DNA from: a virus | Taxonomy: Duplodnaviria > Caudoviricetes | DNA: 36,775 bases | Direction: 5' to 3' (one strand) | Virus record (IMG/VR): IMGVR_UViG_3300044274_000303 | Coordinates: 1-36,775 of that record | Shown here: piece after piece, positions 1-9,547 of the stretch | Numbering within the stretch: position 1 is the stretch's first letter | How the letters are laid out: every line of letters starts with the position of its first letter | The notes under the pieces: generated by a model | The model's database searches: none | Seen by the model: the letters and a program-made list of their open reading frames with translations, nothing else | What the model was told of the DNA's origin: nothing | Program-made: the position numbers and the translations under genes

Positions 1-1362
1 TTACTCTGTGTTTTGTTTGCGTTTATCCAATTCTTTGATGTAGTAAGAAGGATTGATTCCTGTAGCTTTTTTAAAATGTTTCGTAAAAGATTCTGGACTT
101 TTGTAACCAACTTCCAAAGCAATATGCTTGATGGCGTATTTCCGGAATTGATGATCTTTATTGAGTCGATCGATGGAATAATCAATGCGAAGTTTATTGA
201 TATATTGATAAAAAGTTTTTCCCTTGTACTGTTTGAGTATTTGTGTGAGATACGTAGTATTTGTTTTTGCCTTTTTTGCCATGGTTGCAAGCGAACAGGT
301 AGATTCTAAATAGTAATGTTGCGCTTCAAGTTTTGTCAAGCACTTTAGTACAGCTTCTACTTTAACATCAGTGATGACGATTTCTTTTGATTTTTGAACT
401 TCTTTACTTTCCTTTTCTTCTTGAATTTGCAAGAGTTTTTCAAAGATTTCTTTGTTCTTTTTGGCTTCCCTTTTATAATGAAACACGAAATATATAGCGC
501 CCATACAAATGATTCCAATAATGATTAAAACACCTCTATATCTTGACAGTGTTTGTTGATTAGCCGTTAAAACTGTTTGAATGAATTCGTTATTGATATT
601 GAAATCACTTTCATGCATAGCTCTTGCTATTTCATTGTTTTCCTTGTTTTTTACGCGGTTGATTTGATCTTTTTTGATTTCATACATTGCTGATTTTTCC
701 ACATCTTGTTTTGCCAGATAACATTTTGACAACAAGTCGTACATATCTTCTAAATAGATCGGATCAAATCCCTTACTTCCTAGCTTTTCTGCTTGTTCAA
801 TAATAGCGGTCACCTCATTAAACTTTGCAATTGCTATGTCATATTCTTGTAATTTGTAGTAACATCTGCCAATATTAAAGAGTGTTTCCGATAAACGCTC
901 GTCATTTTTTAGATACGTAATATAGGTTTTGGCAGTGTCTAAATGTTGCAAAGCTTTTTCGTAATCTTTTTTTAAATAATACGCAACACCAAAGTCGTGA
1001 TGAAAAAAACTTTCGCCTGATTTGTCATTGATTGATGTACTGATCTGAAATCCTTTTCGACTGTAATACAATGCAGAATCTGCTTCTTGCAATTTTAAAA
1101 AGGTACCACCAATTCCCATCAGGACTCTCGCTATGTTTTTGGGCTGAATTTTTAGCGACTCTCGTTGCTTGTAAGACTCTTTGTAAATTTTTAATGCCTC
1201 TTCATATCTTTTGGCATTTCGCAGAATTTTTGCCATGTTGGCACGCGCCAAGAAAATTTCTTTTTTGTTGTTTTTGGTGGCAGCATCTTCATATACTTTC
1301 GTATAATAATTCATCGCAATATCACTTTCATCATCAAGAGCATACACATTTCCTATACGCAA
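1..1362 (-). pseudogene. Host TPR-repeat / transmembrane / AraC-HTH regulator, probably 5'-truncated by prophage insertion
   Basis: TPR-like helices, a TM segment (GVLIIIGIICMGAIYFVF) and a C-terminal AraC HTH (IALEVGYKSPESFTKHFKKATGINPSYY). It starts at TTG inside a TPR with no signal peptide, and the frame stays open upstream only to a TGA at 1414-1416, which lies inside the putative phage end repeat. Confidence 0.75.
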
Positions 1363-1408
1363 TAGGAAAAGATTTTTTAACGGTAATTTTTTGATGTTTT
1401 TATAATCG

Positions 1409-1447
1409 TGAAATCATATTGTACATAGTTTGAAATCATATTGTACA
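1409..1447. repeat. Two perfect 17-bp direct repeats TGAAATCATATTGTACA with 22-bp period; putative transposase-binding end sites
   Basis: Copies at 1409-1425 and 1431-1447, at the host/phage junction; arrangement resembles the tandem MuA-binding sites at Mu ends. Confidence 0.75.
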
Positions 1448-1476
1448 AAAATAAAATAAAACACCTAAAAGTATGT

Positions 1477-1516
1477 ATGGCTTTTAATTAGTGTTTAAAC
1501 TAAATTTAAAAGCCAT
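1477..1516 (-). terminator. Inverted repeat downstream of the tail operon (possible terminator or protein-binding site)
   Basis: ATGGCTTTTAA (1477-1487) / TTAAAAGCCAT (1506-1516), about 20 bp past the last tail gene; no strong U-tract. Confidence 0.4.
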
Positions 1517-1537
1517 TTAATAGTTATTTTACGCCCT

Positions 1538-4129
1538 TTAACTCTTAGCGAACTTGACTTTGGTTTCAAACTCCCAAACCTCATTCTCGGCTAAAGTCAT
1601 TAAACTCTGAGCTTGCCCTGTAGTTCTACATAAGTCCCTGTAATACTTGTTATAGGTCATCGTGTCCCAAATAAATTGATAACTAACACCATTACGCACA
1701 TTAAACTTGCTGGTAACCTTAGCAGATGTATTGTTGGCTTCATTCCAAGTATGAACATTATCGTTAACTTCATTTAGCTTATGACCACCATTAGTGTCGA
1801 AACCTTCAATATTATAATTGTCAGTTTGTCCATTACCACCAAACTCTCTACTTAAACACACAATAGAACCATAATTAACGGTCATTTCAAGACCACCAAC
1901 CTTTTTACCAATCATTTTAGTTCTTGTAGTATATCCACTGTTTGAAAACATAGAATGCTTGTAGTGTTCTGCTTCAATTGGGTGTGCTGGGTTTACTATA
2001 TCACCATCTGCTGCTGTTTCATGCATTGTTGATTTTTGAATATAAGCAAAGTCACTACAAGCTTTTAAATCAAAAGCTGTTGTTAAATCTGTTAGCCTAA
2101 CACCATCAATATAAAAGTCAACATTAATCAATTTTTCATCGCCATGATAACCCCCTGTAAAATCAACCTTATTAGCTGTTTGATAAACATATTCGCTCTC
2201 ACCTAATGTTAAAGCAACTTGACCTGTATTAATCATAATTTCACCATCAAACTCATAAACTTTACCTATTTGTAGTCTATATTGATCCATATAAACAATT
2301 TCATCAGTATTAATTTCGTGGGCTATTTCAAAACCATAATAATACTTTGGATTTGCTTCATTTTGAACATAAACAGTAAACTTTTCATTACCATTATATC
2401 CAATAGGATTATAAGACACGTAACATTTAGAAAACTTATTACTATTAAGGGTGTTTTGCTCACCTAAAACTAAATCCACATTAGTTGCTGTGCTATGTAA
2501 AAAATACGTGTTATTCGTATCGAAAGTATCTGTATCTGTGTGTATGTTTACGCTCTTAACATCTATTTTTGCCCCAGCGGTGTAACCAAAACCAATATTA
2601 TTGATTTGAAAATCATTTTCTTTATTAAATACACCTACACTTTGCCCATCTTTAAACACCTCATATTGAGTGCTATTATTTACAACTTGTAATTTATATT
2701 TAGCAAACTTTTCAAAGCCGTTTAAACCATTTACCTGTGAGTAAGCTGAGTCTCCATCGGCTCTAAACCAAATACTATCAGAATCATAAAAACCAAAAGT
2801 ATTAAAATTAACCCCTTTCACTCCAAAGCAGCCTAAGCCATCATTAAAATTAGAAATACCATCATGTAATCGCATTTCAATTTCGATATAGTCGCCATCT
2901 TCTGAAAGGGTGTAGGTTTTATCTAATAATGTTTCTGAAGTATCACCATTATAACGAGTATAGTATTTATCGCTTTTATTATAAAAATCTACAATACTTT
3001 CAATTCGATTTTTGTTTTTACCTATATTTAATAATTCATTTAACTGTTCATTTGTCAAATAACCTTTATTTGTTGGTTTTAAATCAAGGTTTTCAGCTTC
3101 TGATAAAAAATATGGTGTGCCAATATCAACTAAGGTTACACCACTTTTAATTTTCACATCTCTTATTTTGCCTTGAAAAAAAGAACTGTAAGAGTTTCCT
3201 ATATTTTCAATTCGCAATGTTCCAGTAGGTATATTTTTTTGGAATACGCCATCTTTATAAACTGCTATTTCACTGCTTAGCCATTCTAATTTTAAAGTAT
3301 GTTCTTCGTCTGGTTGAGTAGTTGTTAAGAAACCATCAGTTGTAAGCCATGCCCCATCAACCTCTCTAATATAAAGTAGTTTATTTGTAAAAAAACCAAT
3401 ATGACTGGTATGACTTCCTAACTCACCCATGATACCCATACCTTTGCTGTCTGAAAAATCATCTACCGAAAAAGTAAATTCTATACTATCACCTTCATTC
3501 TCTAATATGTAAGACTGGTCTAAATTTACAGTTGTATCAACACCATTAAAGATTGAAAAGAAATTACGCTCTATGTCTTGAATAGCGACCCCAAACTTAT
3601 TTTTAAATGTTTTGTTTGAATGACCAAACACAGCACTCCCACTAACAGGTTCAGTTGTGTTATTCTCATCTACATCTTGCGCTAGTGAATTTGCAAAGAA
3701 CTTATAACCATTAGCTTCTGTTGACAAATAAATATAATCGCCATCATCAACTCCAGCAGGATTGTTTTTAATTCTAAATGGCGTATTGTCTGATGGCAAA
3801 GGAAGTACAGCCATTGCTTCTGAAATAGATAAATAGGTTTTTCCAGAACCATCTAAAATGCTTTGTATTTCACGGTGTAGGTCATCTGCTGTACCATTAT
3901 AAGTGCCTTTTTCTAATTTTATAGATATATCGTTTACCAAATCTTGAACTGTACCATTAAAGGTTTCTGTTTCTAAAAGCGTGTTTAACTTACCTACTAA
4001 ACTTTCTATTTGTTCAATTGGTATACGTTCACTTTTATGCCAAAGCGATTGTATAAGTTCTTTAAATTGCGTGGCGTTTGGAAATGCACCACTTTCAAAA
4101 TAACTGATTAATGTTTCTACTGGTGTCAT
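1538..4129 (-). CDS. Tail fibre / receptor-binding protein with two tandem LamG/ConA-like beta-sandwich modules
   Basis: Last gene of the tail operon; N-terminal YFESGAFPNATQFKELIQSLWHK motif typical of Bacteroidota phage fibre proteins; internal duplication of a beta-rich module. Confidence 0.7.
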   Translation of the reverse strand: MTPVETLISYFESGAFPNATQFKELIQSLWHKSERIPIEQIESLVGKLNTLLETETFNGTVQDLVNDISIKLEKGTYNGTADDLHREIQSILDGSGKTYLSISEAMAVLPLPSDNTPFRIKNNPAGVDDGDYIYLSTEANGYKFFANSLAQDVDENNTTEPVSGSAVFGHSNKTFKNKFGVAIQDIERNFFSIFNGVDTTVNLDQSYILENEGDSIEFTFSVDDFSDSKGMGIMGELGSHTSHIGFFTNKLLYIREVDGAWLTTDGFLTTTQPDEEHTLKLEWLSSEIAVYKDGVFQKNIPTGTLRIENIGNSYSSFFQGKIRDVKIKSGVTLVDIGTPYFLSEAENLDLKPTNKGYLTNEQLNELLNIGKNKNRIESIVDFYNKSDKYYTRYNGDTSETLLDKTYTLSEDGDYIEIEMRLHDGISNFNDGLGCFGVKGVNFNTFGFYDSDSIWFRADGDSAYSQVNGLNGFEKFAKYKLQVVNNSTQYEVFKDGQSVGVFNKENDFQINNIGFGYTAGAKIDVKSVNIHTDTDTFDTNNTYFLHSTATNVDLVLGEQNTLNSNKFSKCYVSYNPIGYNGNEKFTVYVQNEANPKYYYGFEIAHEINTDEIVYMDQYRLQIGKVYEFDGEIMINTGQVALTLGESEYVYQTANKVDFTGGYHGDEKLINVDFYIDGVRLTDLTTAFDLKACSDFAYIQKSTMHETAADGDIVNPAHPIEAEHYKHSMFSNSGYTTRTKMIGKKVGGLEMTVNYGSIVCLSREFGGNGQTDNYNIEGFDTNGGHKLNEVNDNVHTWNEANNTSAKVTSKFNVRNGVSYQFIWDTMTYNKYYRDLCRTTGQAQSLMTLAENEVWEFETKVKFAKS

Positions 4130-4131
4130 AT

Positions 4132-5040
4132 TTAGTATTTTACTTTTATTATAAATGCTTCAACAAAAAATGGTGGACGATTCTCATGTGGTTGGTCACC
4201 GCCTTCAGATTTCATGGTAGACCTACTCCATAATTGATCTGTCATACCAGCTATTCGATATTCTGAATTTGGTGCGCCACTATCTACGTTCCCTGTAGTT
4301 CCTGTTGAGTTTAAGTCTGATGCTCTAACGCCTAACTTATTAAACAAATCATCCTCGATATGGTCATGTACTGGCATTTGATTTTTAGTTAATACTACTT
4401 CATCTAAACCGCCTGTTTGTCCAATTTGACTATAGTCACCATTACCTGAATAACCAACAATAAATTTTTCTCTTAAATCTGGGATCTTAAACTGTGAAGT
4501 TCCTACAGCACCAAATGAAGTTCCAATGTTTTCAAATAAATCTGGATATTCGTCTATATTGAGAGTGCGTCCATCACATAACATGTAATTGCTTGGTATT
4601 TTATCAATAAATCCACACCAACTAGCTCTTATGCCAGGTGGATCACCTTTTATATCTTTTACACGTTGCCAAAGTTCTTGATTACTTATAATGCGCTGAA
4701 AATCTGACCAATTCAAATTACCAGTATTTGAAAATGTGGCATATCGTGTTATATAAGCATCTGTATAATCTACACCAAAAGCAGATACTGTTTCCCTGTC
4801 TTCTATTATAGCTATTTTATCAGTCTTCAAATCACCTTTAAATGGCATTATTTCTCCAGAAATTATTACATAGCCATCTGTAACATTATTGGCATTGTCT
4901 TCTTCGCATCCGCTTAACACATAATTATCACCACCTATTGCAACTATTTTTGATAATAAATGCATAGTATTCTGCATAAAGTCAGCTGACTTAATTGTAA
5001 ACGGAAAGCTATCTTGATGTGTGAAATTGATTTTATTCAT
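4132..5040 (-). CDS. Tail fibre protein with tail-collar domain
   Basis: Collar motifs PSNYMLCDGRTL..YPDLFENIG..FKIPDLR..F and HENRPPF..AFIIK. Confidence 0.85.
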   Translation of the reverse strand: MNKINFTHQDSFPFTIKSADFMQNTMHLLSKIVAIGGDNYVLSGCEEDNANNVTDGYVIISGEIMPFKGDLKTDKIAIIEDRETVSAFGVDYTDAYITRYATFSNTGNLNWSDFQRIISNQELWQRVKDIKGDPPGIRASWCGFIDKIPSNYMLCDGRTLNIDEYPDLFENIGTSFGAVGTSQFKIPDLREKFIVGYSGNGDYSQIGQTGGLDEVVLTKNQMPVHDHIEDDLFNKLGVRASDLNSTGTTGNVDSGAPNSEYRIAGMTDQLWSRSTMKSEGGDQPHENRPPFFVEAFIIKVKY

Positions 5041-5515
5041 TGATTATTCTATATTTTTTTGATGGTAATTTGTTCTTATTCACTATTAACTTTAATAAAT
5101 CTTCTTGACTACTTGTGAGACTATAACCAATTGGTAAAACAACTTCAAAACTAATCGTGCTTACCAATAAATTATTATCGTTTTGAAGTAAAAAAGGCAC
5201 TTCATTACCTATCATTTGTGGCTTGTTTTCGTTTTCCTTCCATAATAAAAAGTTATCATAGTTTGGTATAACATTTCGTAACACAATGCGGTTTAAGTAT
5301 GGATCAAACCATTTATTTATCAAGGCTTGTAATTCGCATTTTTGTGATTTTACACCTGTTTCATATGAATTAATAAATTCAAAAAATTCATAATGTACTT
5401 TTTGGATTTGAGTAGCCATAATGTTAATTAAAGCCATGAACTTTGGTTTTCGCCAAAACGTAGGTATTAATTGCACCATAAACTTATAAACATCTATGTT
5501 GTAAAAGTTTTGCAT
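5033..5515 (-). CDS. Baseplate wedge protein (gpI-like)
   Basis: Lies between the J-like and fibre genes; QLIPTFWRKP motif; size fits. Confidence 0.6.
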   Translation of the reverse strand: MQNFYNIDVYKFMVQLIPTFWRKPKFMALINIMATQIQKVHYEFFEFINSYETGVKSQKCELQALINKWFDPYLNRIVLRNVIPNYDNFLLWKENENKPQMIGNEVPFLLQNDNNLLVSTISFEVVLPIGYSLTSSQEDLLKLIVNKNKLPSKKYRIINE

Positions 5516-6330
5516 TAGTATTTGATATAATTAATTTGTAAATCAGAATTGTTAATACTAATATGTCCAGCATATGGGGTATATCTTCCTTTTATCAATT
5601 GCCAATTAATATTACCGTGTTTATACGATGCTTCTACAACTTCAGCTATTTTGACTGACGGTAATTGTTGTAGTTCATCAATAAGTTTCATGTTAATATA
5701 TTCTTCATTGAAATTTAAGTTAGATAAAAAGTATTCAACTGTTTCTTTAACTGGCATATTAGATTCAATCAAAGCAACACCATCTTCATTTAGTAGTGTG
5801 CCATCATACCAAACATTCAAGTTTAATTTTAAGTTGTCAGATACTTCATTTCTTATAGTCATGTGAACACCAATATCTGCAACTTCATTCATGTACGTTT
5901 TAAAAGCTTCTAATTGCTCATTTGTTAAAGGTTGTTTATCTGCATTAGCAATTTTAATATACAAAGTAGATTTATCACTTTCTTCTACAGCAACAGCATA
6001 CTTTACGATTTTGCTTTCCTCTACTTCATCATCAGTAAATGCAGTATTGTCATAATAATCTTTACCTTCAACTAATTGGTGTCCAAATTGAAAATTTAAA
6101 CCCTTTTGTTGATACCATTTTGGATTACGTCGTTCATTCTCATTAGATAGTGTTCTTACTTGTTCTTTAAAAGCTTCAAACATTGAATGTAAGGTGTCGA
6201 TAGCAAATGAAACCACATATAATATTGCTCCAAACACAGAAACTTTACTAGTTGAAGTTATACCTTGTAATGCTTCTAAATGCTCTTTTTGAGCAACCAT
6301 ATCATCATAAATACCCTGTTGTTTATTCAT
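5515..6330 (-). CDS. Baseplate J-like wedge protein
   Basis: Synteny; WYQQKGLNFQFG..IVKYAVAVE..LEAFKTYMNEVADIGV pattern of Bacteroidota Mu-like baseplate proteins. Confidence 0.7.
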   Translation of the reverse strand: MNKQQGIYDDMVAQKEHLEALQGITSTSKVSVFGAILYVVSFAIDTLHSMFEAFKEQVRTLSNENERRNPKWYQQKGLNFQFGHQLVEGKDYYDNTAFTDDEVEESKIVKYAVAVEESDKSTLYIKIANADKQPLTNEQLEAFKTYMNEVADIGVHMTIRNEVSDNLKLNLNVWYDGTLLNEDGVALIESNMPVKETVEYFLSNLNFNEEYINMKLIDELQQLPSVKIAEVVEASYKHGNINWQLIKGRYTPYAGHISINNSDLQINYIKY

Positions 6331-6623
6331 TACCTTATCTTAAAAGTGTTATCTATTTGCATATAATCTATGCCTTGAAATTCATTGCTGTTATTAATAC
6401 CAGCAACATTAGTTGCTGGGTTCATTCTTTTTCGTTTGTAATATTGTAGAATATCATTGTTTAAATGATTACTAGTAGCTAGTTCTATTGCAGAACCTAC
6501 TGGCAAAGCATCTGTAATATTGATATTGTTTTGTAATGCCAAATCAAACGCAGCGCAAGGGTCGCCATATTCTTGTATAGCTATATCCAGAAGGTTTTGA
6601 TTATATATTACTATAGGCTTCAT
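6330..6623 (-). CDS. LysM/tail-X-like baseplate protein
   Basis: NQNLLDIAIQEYG...LALQNNINITD LysM-like pattern. Confidence 0.7.
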   Translation of the reverse strand: MKPIVIYNQNLLDIAIQEYGDPCAAFDLALQNNINITDALPVGSAIELATSNHLNNDILQYYKRKRMNPATNVAGINNSNEFQGIDYMQIDNTFKIR

Positions 6624-6955
6624 TAACTTTTTGGTTCGTGTTGTTTTCTGTAATCGTCAAATTCTTTTTTAAGCGTTCTGTATTTACCTTTCCACAAATC
6701 CAAGTTTGTTTTTAAGGTCTTTAATTCTGCGCTTAATTCTTCAAATTTCACATCATAACGCTTTTTTAAATCATCTAAAGCTTCTTGGTATAGATCCACA
6801 ACGGATTTATCATTTTCAGTTTCTTTAGATTTTAATTCAGCGACAAGCTGTGCGTACTGGTTGGCTCTTTTTTTACGATCAAAAAGCCAAACCACTATAG
6901 CAGTAATGTTAGTACCTGTTAATATTTCTACCAGGTATTGTGTTACAAATTCCAT
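6623..6955 (-). CDS. Putative holin-like membrane protein (one N-terminal TM plus coiled coil)
   Basis: Hydrophobic N-terminus followed by RKKR and a long heptad-like helix. Confidence 0.45.
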   Translation of the reverse strand: MEFVTQYLVEILTGTNITAIVVWLFDRKKRANQYAQLVAELKSKETENDKSVVDLYQEALDDLKKRYDVKFEELSAELKTLKTNLDLWKGKYRTLKKEFDDYRKQHEPKS

Positions 6956-7233
6956 TAGCTTCTTCTAGTATTTAGTGTTATGTATTTTTTAATGTCTTCA
7001 TAATCTTTACCGTCACGCTGTAGGTGTAGCTTTATTCTTGTTTGTAATTCGTCATCATCAATACTACTGTTTATTAATCGTATAATACCAGCGCCAAGCA
7101 ATGGATCACTTTTTAGTTCACCTTGATTTAGCCTAAGTATAATACCCACATCTTGGGTTAAACTATCACCAAGCTTAAAATCACCATCTTCTATAATTAG
7201 GTCATCATTATCATCTAATAATATATCTTCCAT
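6955..7233 (-). CDS. Baseplate wedge subunit (gp25/gpW-like)
   Basis: DILLDDNDDL..GDF..GELKSDPLLGAGI motif; synteny. Confidence 0.65.
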   Translation of the reverse strand: MEDILLDDNDDLIIEDGDFKLGDSLTQDVGIILRLNQGELKSDPLLGAGIIRLINSSIDDDELQTRIKLHLQRDGKDYEDIKKYITLNTRRS

Positions 7234-7442
7234 TAGCCATCAATTGTTCCAGTTCCTGTTACAGTAGCACCATCACTTGCAACACCAGTAACCGTTGTTG
7301 TACGTCCAATAACAAATTGGGCAACAGCTGCTGCTTGTTTTTCTGCAATACGTCTTCTTGCCTGTTCTGGTGTAACCGCAATATCTGCTTCTACATGATA
7401 GGCTTGTTCTAATAAATTTGCTAATTGTGCTTCTGTAATCAT
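7233..7442 (-). CDS. Small tail/baseplate protein (possible spike tip)
   Basis: 69 aa with Gly/Thr-rich C-terminus, directly after the spike gene and coupled to the next gene. Confidence 0.5.
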   Translation of the reverse strand: MITEAQLANLLEQAYHVEADIAVTPEQARRRIAEKQAAAVAQFVIGRTTTVTGVASDGATVTGTGTIDG

Positions 7443-7443
7443 A

Positions 7444-7974
7444 TTATGTTAAAACAGTATTTAACCGCTGTTTAATCGCATTCATTGCTGGTACATTTAT
7501 ACTTGTACCTTGTATTACTATTATTTTATTTAGTTCATCAATCATATCATTTAGGACTTTCTTTAAAGTTTCATTATTCCGCTTTACCAAAAATCCACTA
7601 TCATCAATTTTAAAAGTGCTTGTACCTATGGTTACATTGAGTTTGTCAACATCAAAAAGTACTTCATTGTCACCAACTGCAATAGATACTTCTTCAACAG
7701 CTTCAGCTTCTATTAAAAATGTTGCTGCTTCATTGTTGAGTATTAAACCGATCAAGCATTTAGCACCAACTGTTGGTTTTTTGTAAACAGAACCTATACC
7801 AAGTAACACATCATAAAATTCTAAATTGTCAGCCAAGCCTTTTGCAGTCATCGTTTTATTATTCCAATCGACTTCTACAACTTCAGCCCAATGTGTTTGT
7901 ATCTTGGCATTGCCTTTGGCTTTTAAATCTAAAAGCTTTGTCAACTCGTTTAATTCTTGTCCTTCTCTTTTCAT
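7444..7974 (-). CDS. Baseplate central spike (gpV/gp45-like)
   Basis: OB-fold-like N-terminus (AEVVEVD...KPTVGAKCLI) followed by short beta repeats; follows the hub gene. Confidence 0.7.
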   Translation of the reverse strand: MKREGQELNELTKLLDLKAKGNAKIQTHWAEVVEVDWNNKTMTAKGLADNLEFYDVLLGIGSVYKKPTVGAKCLIGLILNNEAATFLIEAEAVEEVSIAVGDNEVLFDVDKLNVTIGTSTFKIDDSGFLVKRNNETLKKVLNDMIDELNKIIVIQGTSINVPAMNAIKQRLNTVLT

Positions 7975-8939
7975 ACTGCGCCACCAAGTGTTATTTCTTG
8001 CCTAATTTTAGCTTTATCAAAGGTTTTGTTTACAGCTTCGATATAATACACTCCAGATCTGTCTTCGTATAGTTCGCTGGTTATATTTACCTTTAAACCG
8101 TGTCTTACACTTGGCACGCCAAAAGCTGTAAAACTGCCATCAAAACCACCACGCTTTTTAACTTCGTAATCTTTTTCTAAAAGTCTTAATACTTCTGCTT
8201 TTGCTTCAATATTGTAGTAGGTTAATTGGTATCTGTCACCACCATCTTCACCAATTTCTGCTTCAACTTTAGATCCATTTTTTAAGACAGACACCCCTTT
8301 AATTTTTAAAATAATATCTTCTTCATTTCTATAGTTTAGATCATTACTTACAGCGTTACGCTCTAAATGAAAATTAACTACGTCTTCTTCTGTATCATCC
8401 GCATAGTATTTACCACATACCAGCTGCTTGCCTTTCATATAGCTATACAAATTGTAAGGGTCTTTACTTAGCTTGTCTAGCACTAATGCTACAGTACTAT
8501 TAGCATATCGCACACCGCCAAGTTCAACACCTTCTAATGCATCTACATCATAATTTGGTGCAATGGTTTCAAGAAGCTTTTGAAGGGTCACATTTTTAAA
8601 ACTTACGTTAACTGGCAACTGCTTTAATTTCCACATTTCATCTTCACAAGTAATTACTATGGGTATTCCAGCAGATACTTGTGTTATATAACCTTCAAAT
8701 TCTGTTACATAATCACCGTTGTAACCAAATTCAATTTTAATTGGTGTGCCACGTCTAAAAATCTCACGCACTTTATACTTGTCAAAGAACTTTACATTTC
8801 TGGGCAATGTTACCGTTGCCCTGTCTGTTAATTGTTTAAAACTTGTTTCAGTTGTTATTGCCGAAACTTGATGTATTATTAATTCACGTCTACCTTCAAA
8901 TGCTGGTAGTGTAATTCTAGCGTTCATTGATAAAACCAT
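7971..8939 (-). CDS. Baseplate hub (late control D / Mu gp44-like)
   Basis: LTDRATVTLP..IEFGY..EFEGYI..CEDEMW..GSFTAFGVP..GVYYIEAV pattern; size and synteny fit. Confidence 0.8.
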   Translation of the reverse strand: MVLSMNARITLPAFEGRRELIIHQVSAITTETSFKQLTDRATVTLPRNVKFFDKYKVREIFRRGTPIKIEFGYNGDYVTEFEGYITQVSAGIPIVITCEDEMWKLKQLPVNVSFKNVTLQKLLETIAPNYDVDALEGVELGGVRYANSTVALVLDKLSKDPYNLYSYMKGKQLVCGKYYADDTEEDVVNFHLERNAVSNDLNYRNEEDIILKIKGVSVLKNGSKVEAEIGEDGGDRYQLTYYNIEAKAEVLRLLEKDYEVKKRGGFDGSFTAFGVPSVRHGLKVNITSELYEDRSGVYYIEAVNKTFDKAKIRQEITLGGAV

Positions 8940-9547
8940 TAGTTCCCTAATTCTATTGGTTCATCACTAACTGCTGAAATCTCAAAGGGTATTACATTTT
9001 GTTTCCCTTCTGGTTGTCTGAAACTTGTATCTTCTATAACCAGCCTGTAAATGGATTTATCTATAAATAGTTCGCCTATGACTTCAATGCTATCTGCTAA
9101 ATTTATCCACTTTAATAATTCTTGCTGTTGCTCATAGGCACTCATTTGTGGTGTGTCTAAGCACAAACCACGAAACCGTATTTGCCAGTCATCAAAACCA
9201 TATATTTCTTTTACCGTACCAGTATTACCAATTAATCGTGTTTTAGTAATGTTTTGCGAACGTCTAAAATCAATTAAAGTCGCTGGTGGTATATCAAAAT
9301 CATTCAATGATTTTAATTCTAAAATACCTTGATTATATTGTTGATAAGAACCACCTTTAAATACTGTTGGGTAAATAATAGGTGTGCCCAGCCATGACAT
9401 CTTTTTAGCTTCCTTTTTTTCTCTAACAGGAATTGAAGCATATCTAACATCACTATTTTGTGGTGCATCGCTTGGCAATACAAAAGTGTTAGTATTAACA
9501 CCAAATACATTGCTTAATAAAGTTGCTATGTCAAAATTTGTAGTCAT
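8939..9547 (-). CDS. Tail tube initiator-like protein (DUF6046-like)
   Basis: NITKT..G..GTVKE..FDDWQI and C-terminal AVSD motif; directly after the tape measure gene. Confidence 0.65.
   Translation of the reverse strand: MTTNFDIATLLSNVFGVNTNTFVLPSDAPQNSDVRYASIPVREKKEAKKMSWLGTPIIYPTVFKGGSYQQYNQGILELKSLNDFDIPPATLIDFRRSQNITKTRLIGNTGTVKEIYGFDDWQIRFRGLCLDTPQMSAYEQQQELLKWINLADSIEVIGELFIDKSIYRLVIEDTSFRQPEGKQNVIPFEISAVSDEPIELGN

Noticed and set aside
1409-1447. CRISPR-like or iteron repeats
   Set aside because: Only two copies with a 5-bp gap and no cas or rep gene; position at the prophage junction fits transposase-binding sites better.
1538-5040. Diversity-generating retroelement or invertible G-segment acting on tail fibres
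   Set aside because: No reverse transcriptase or invertase ORF in the window, and I saw no template/variable repeat pair or flanking inversion sites by eye.
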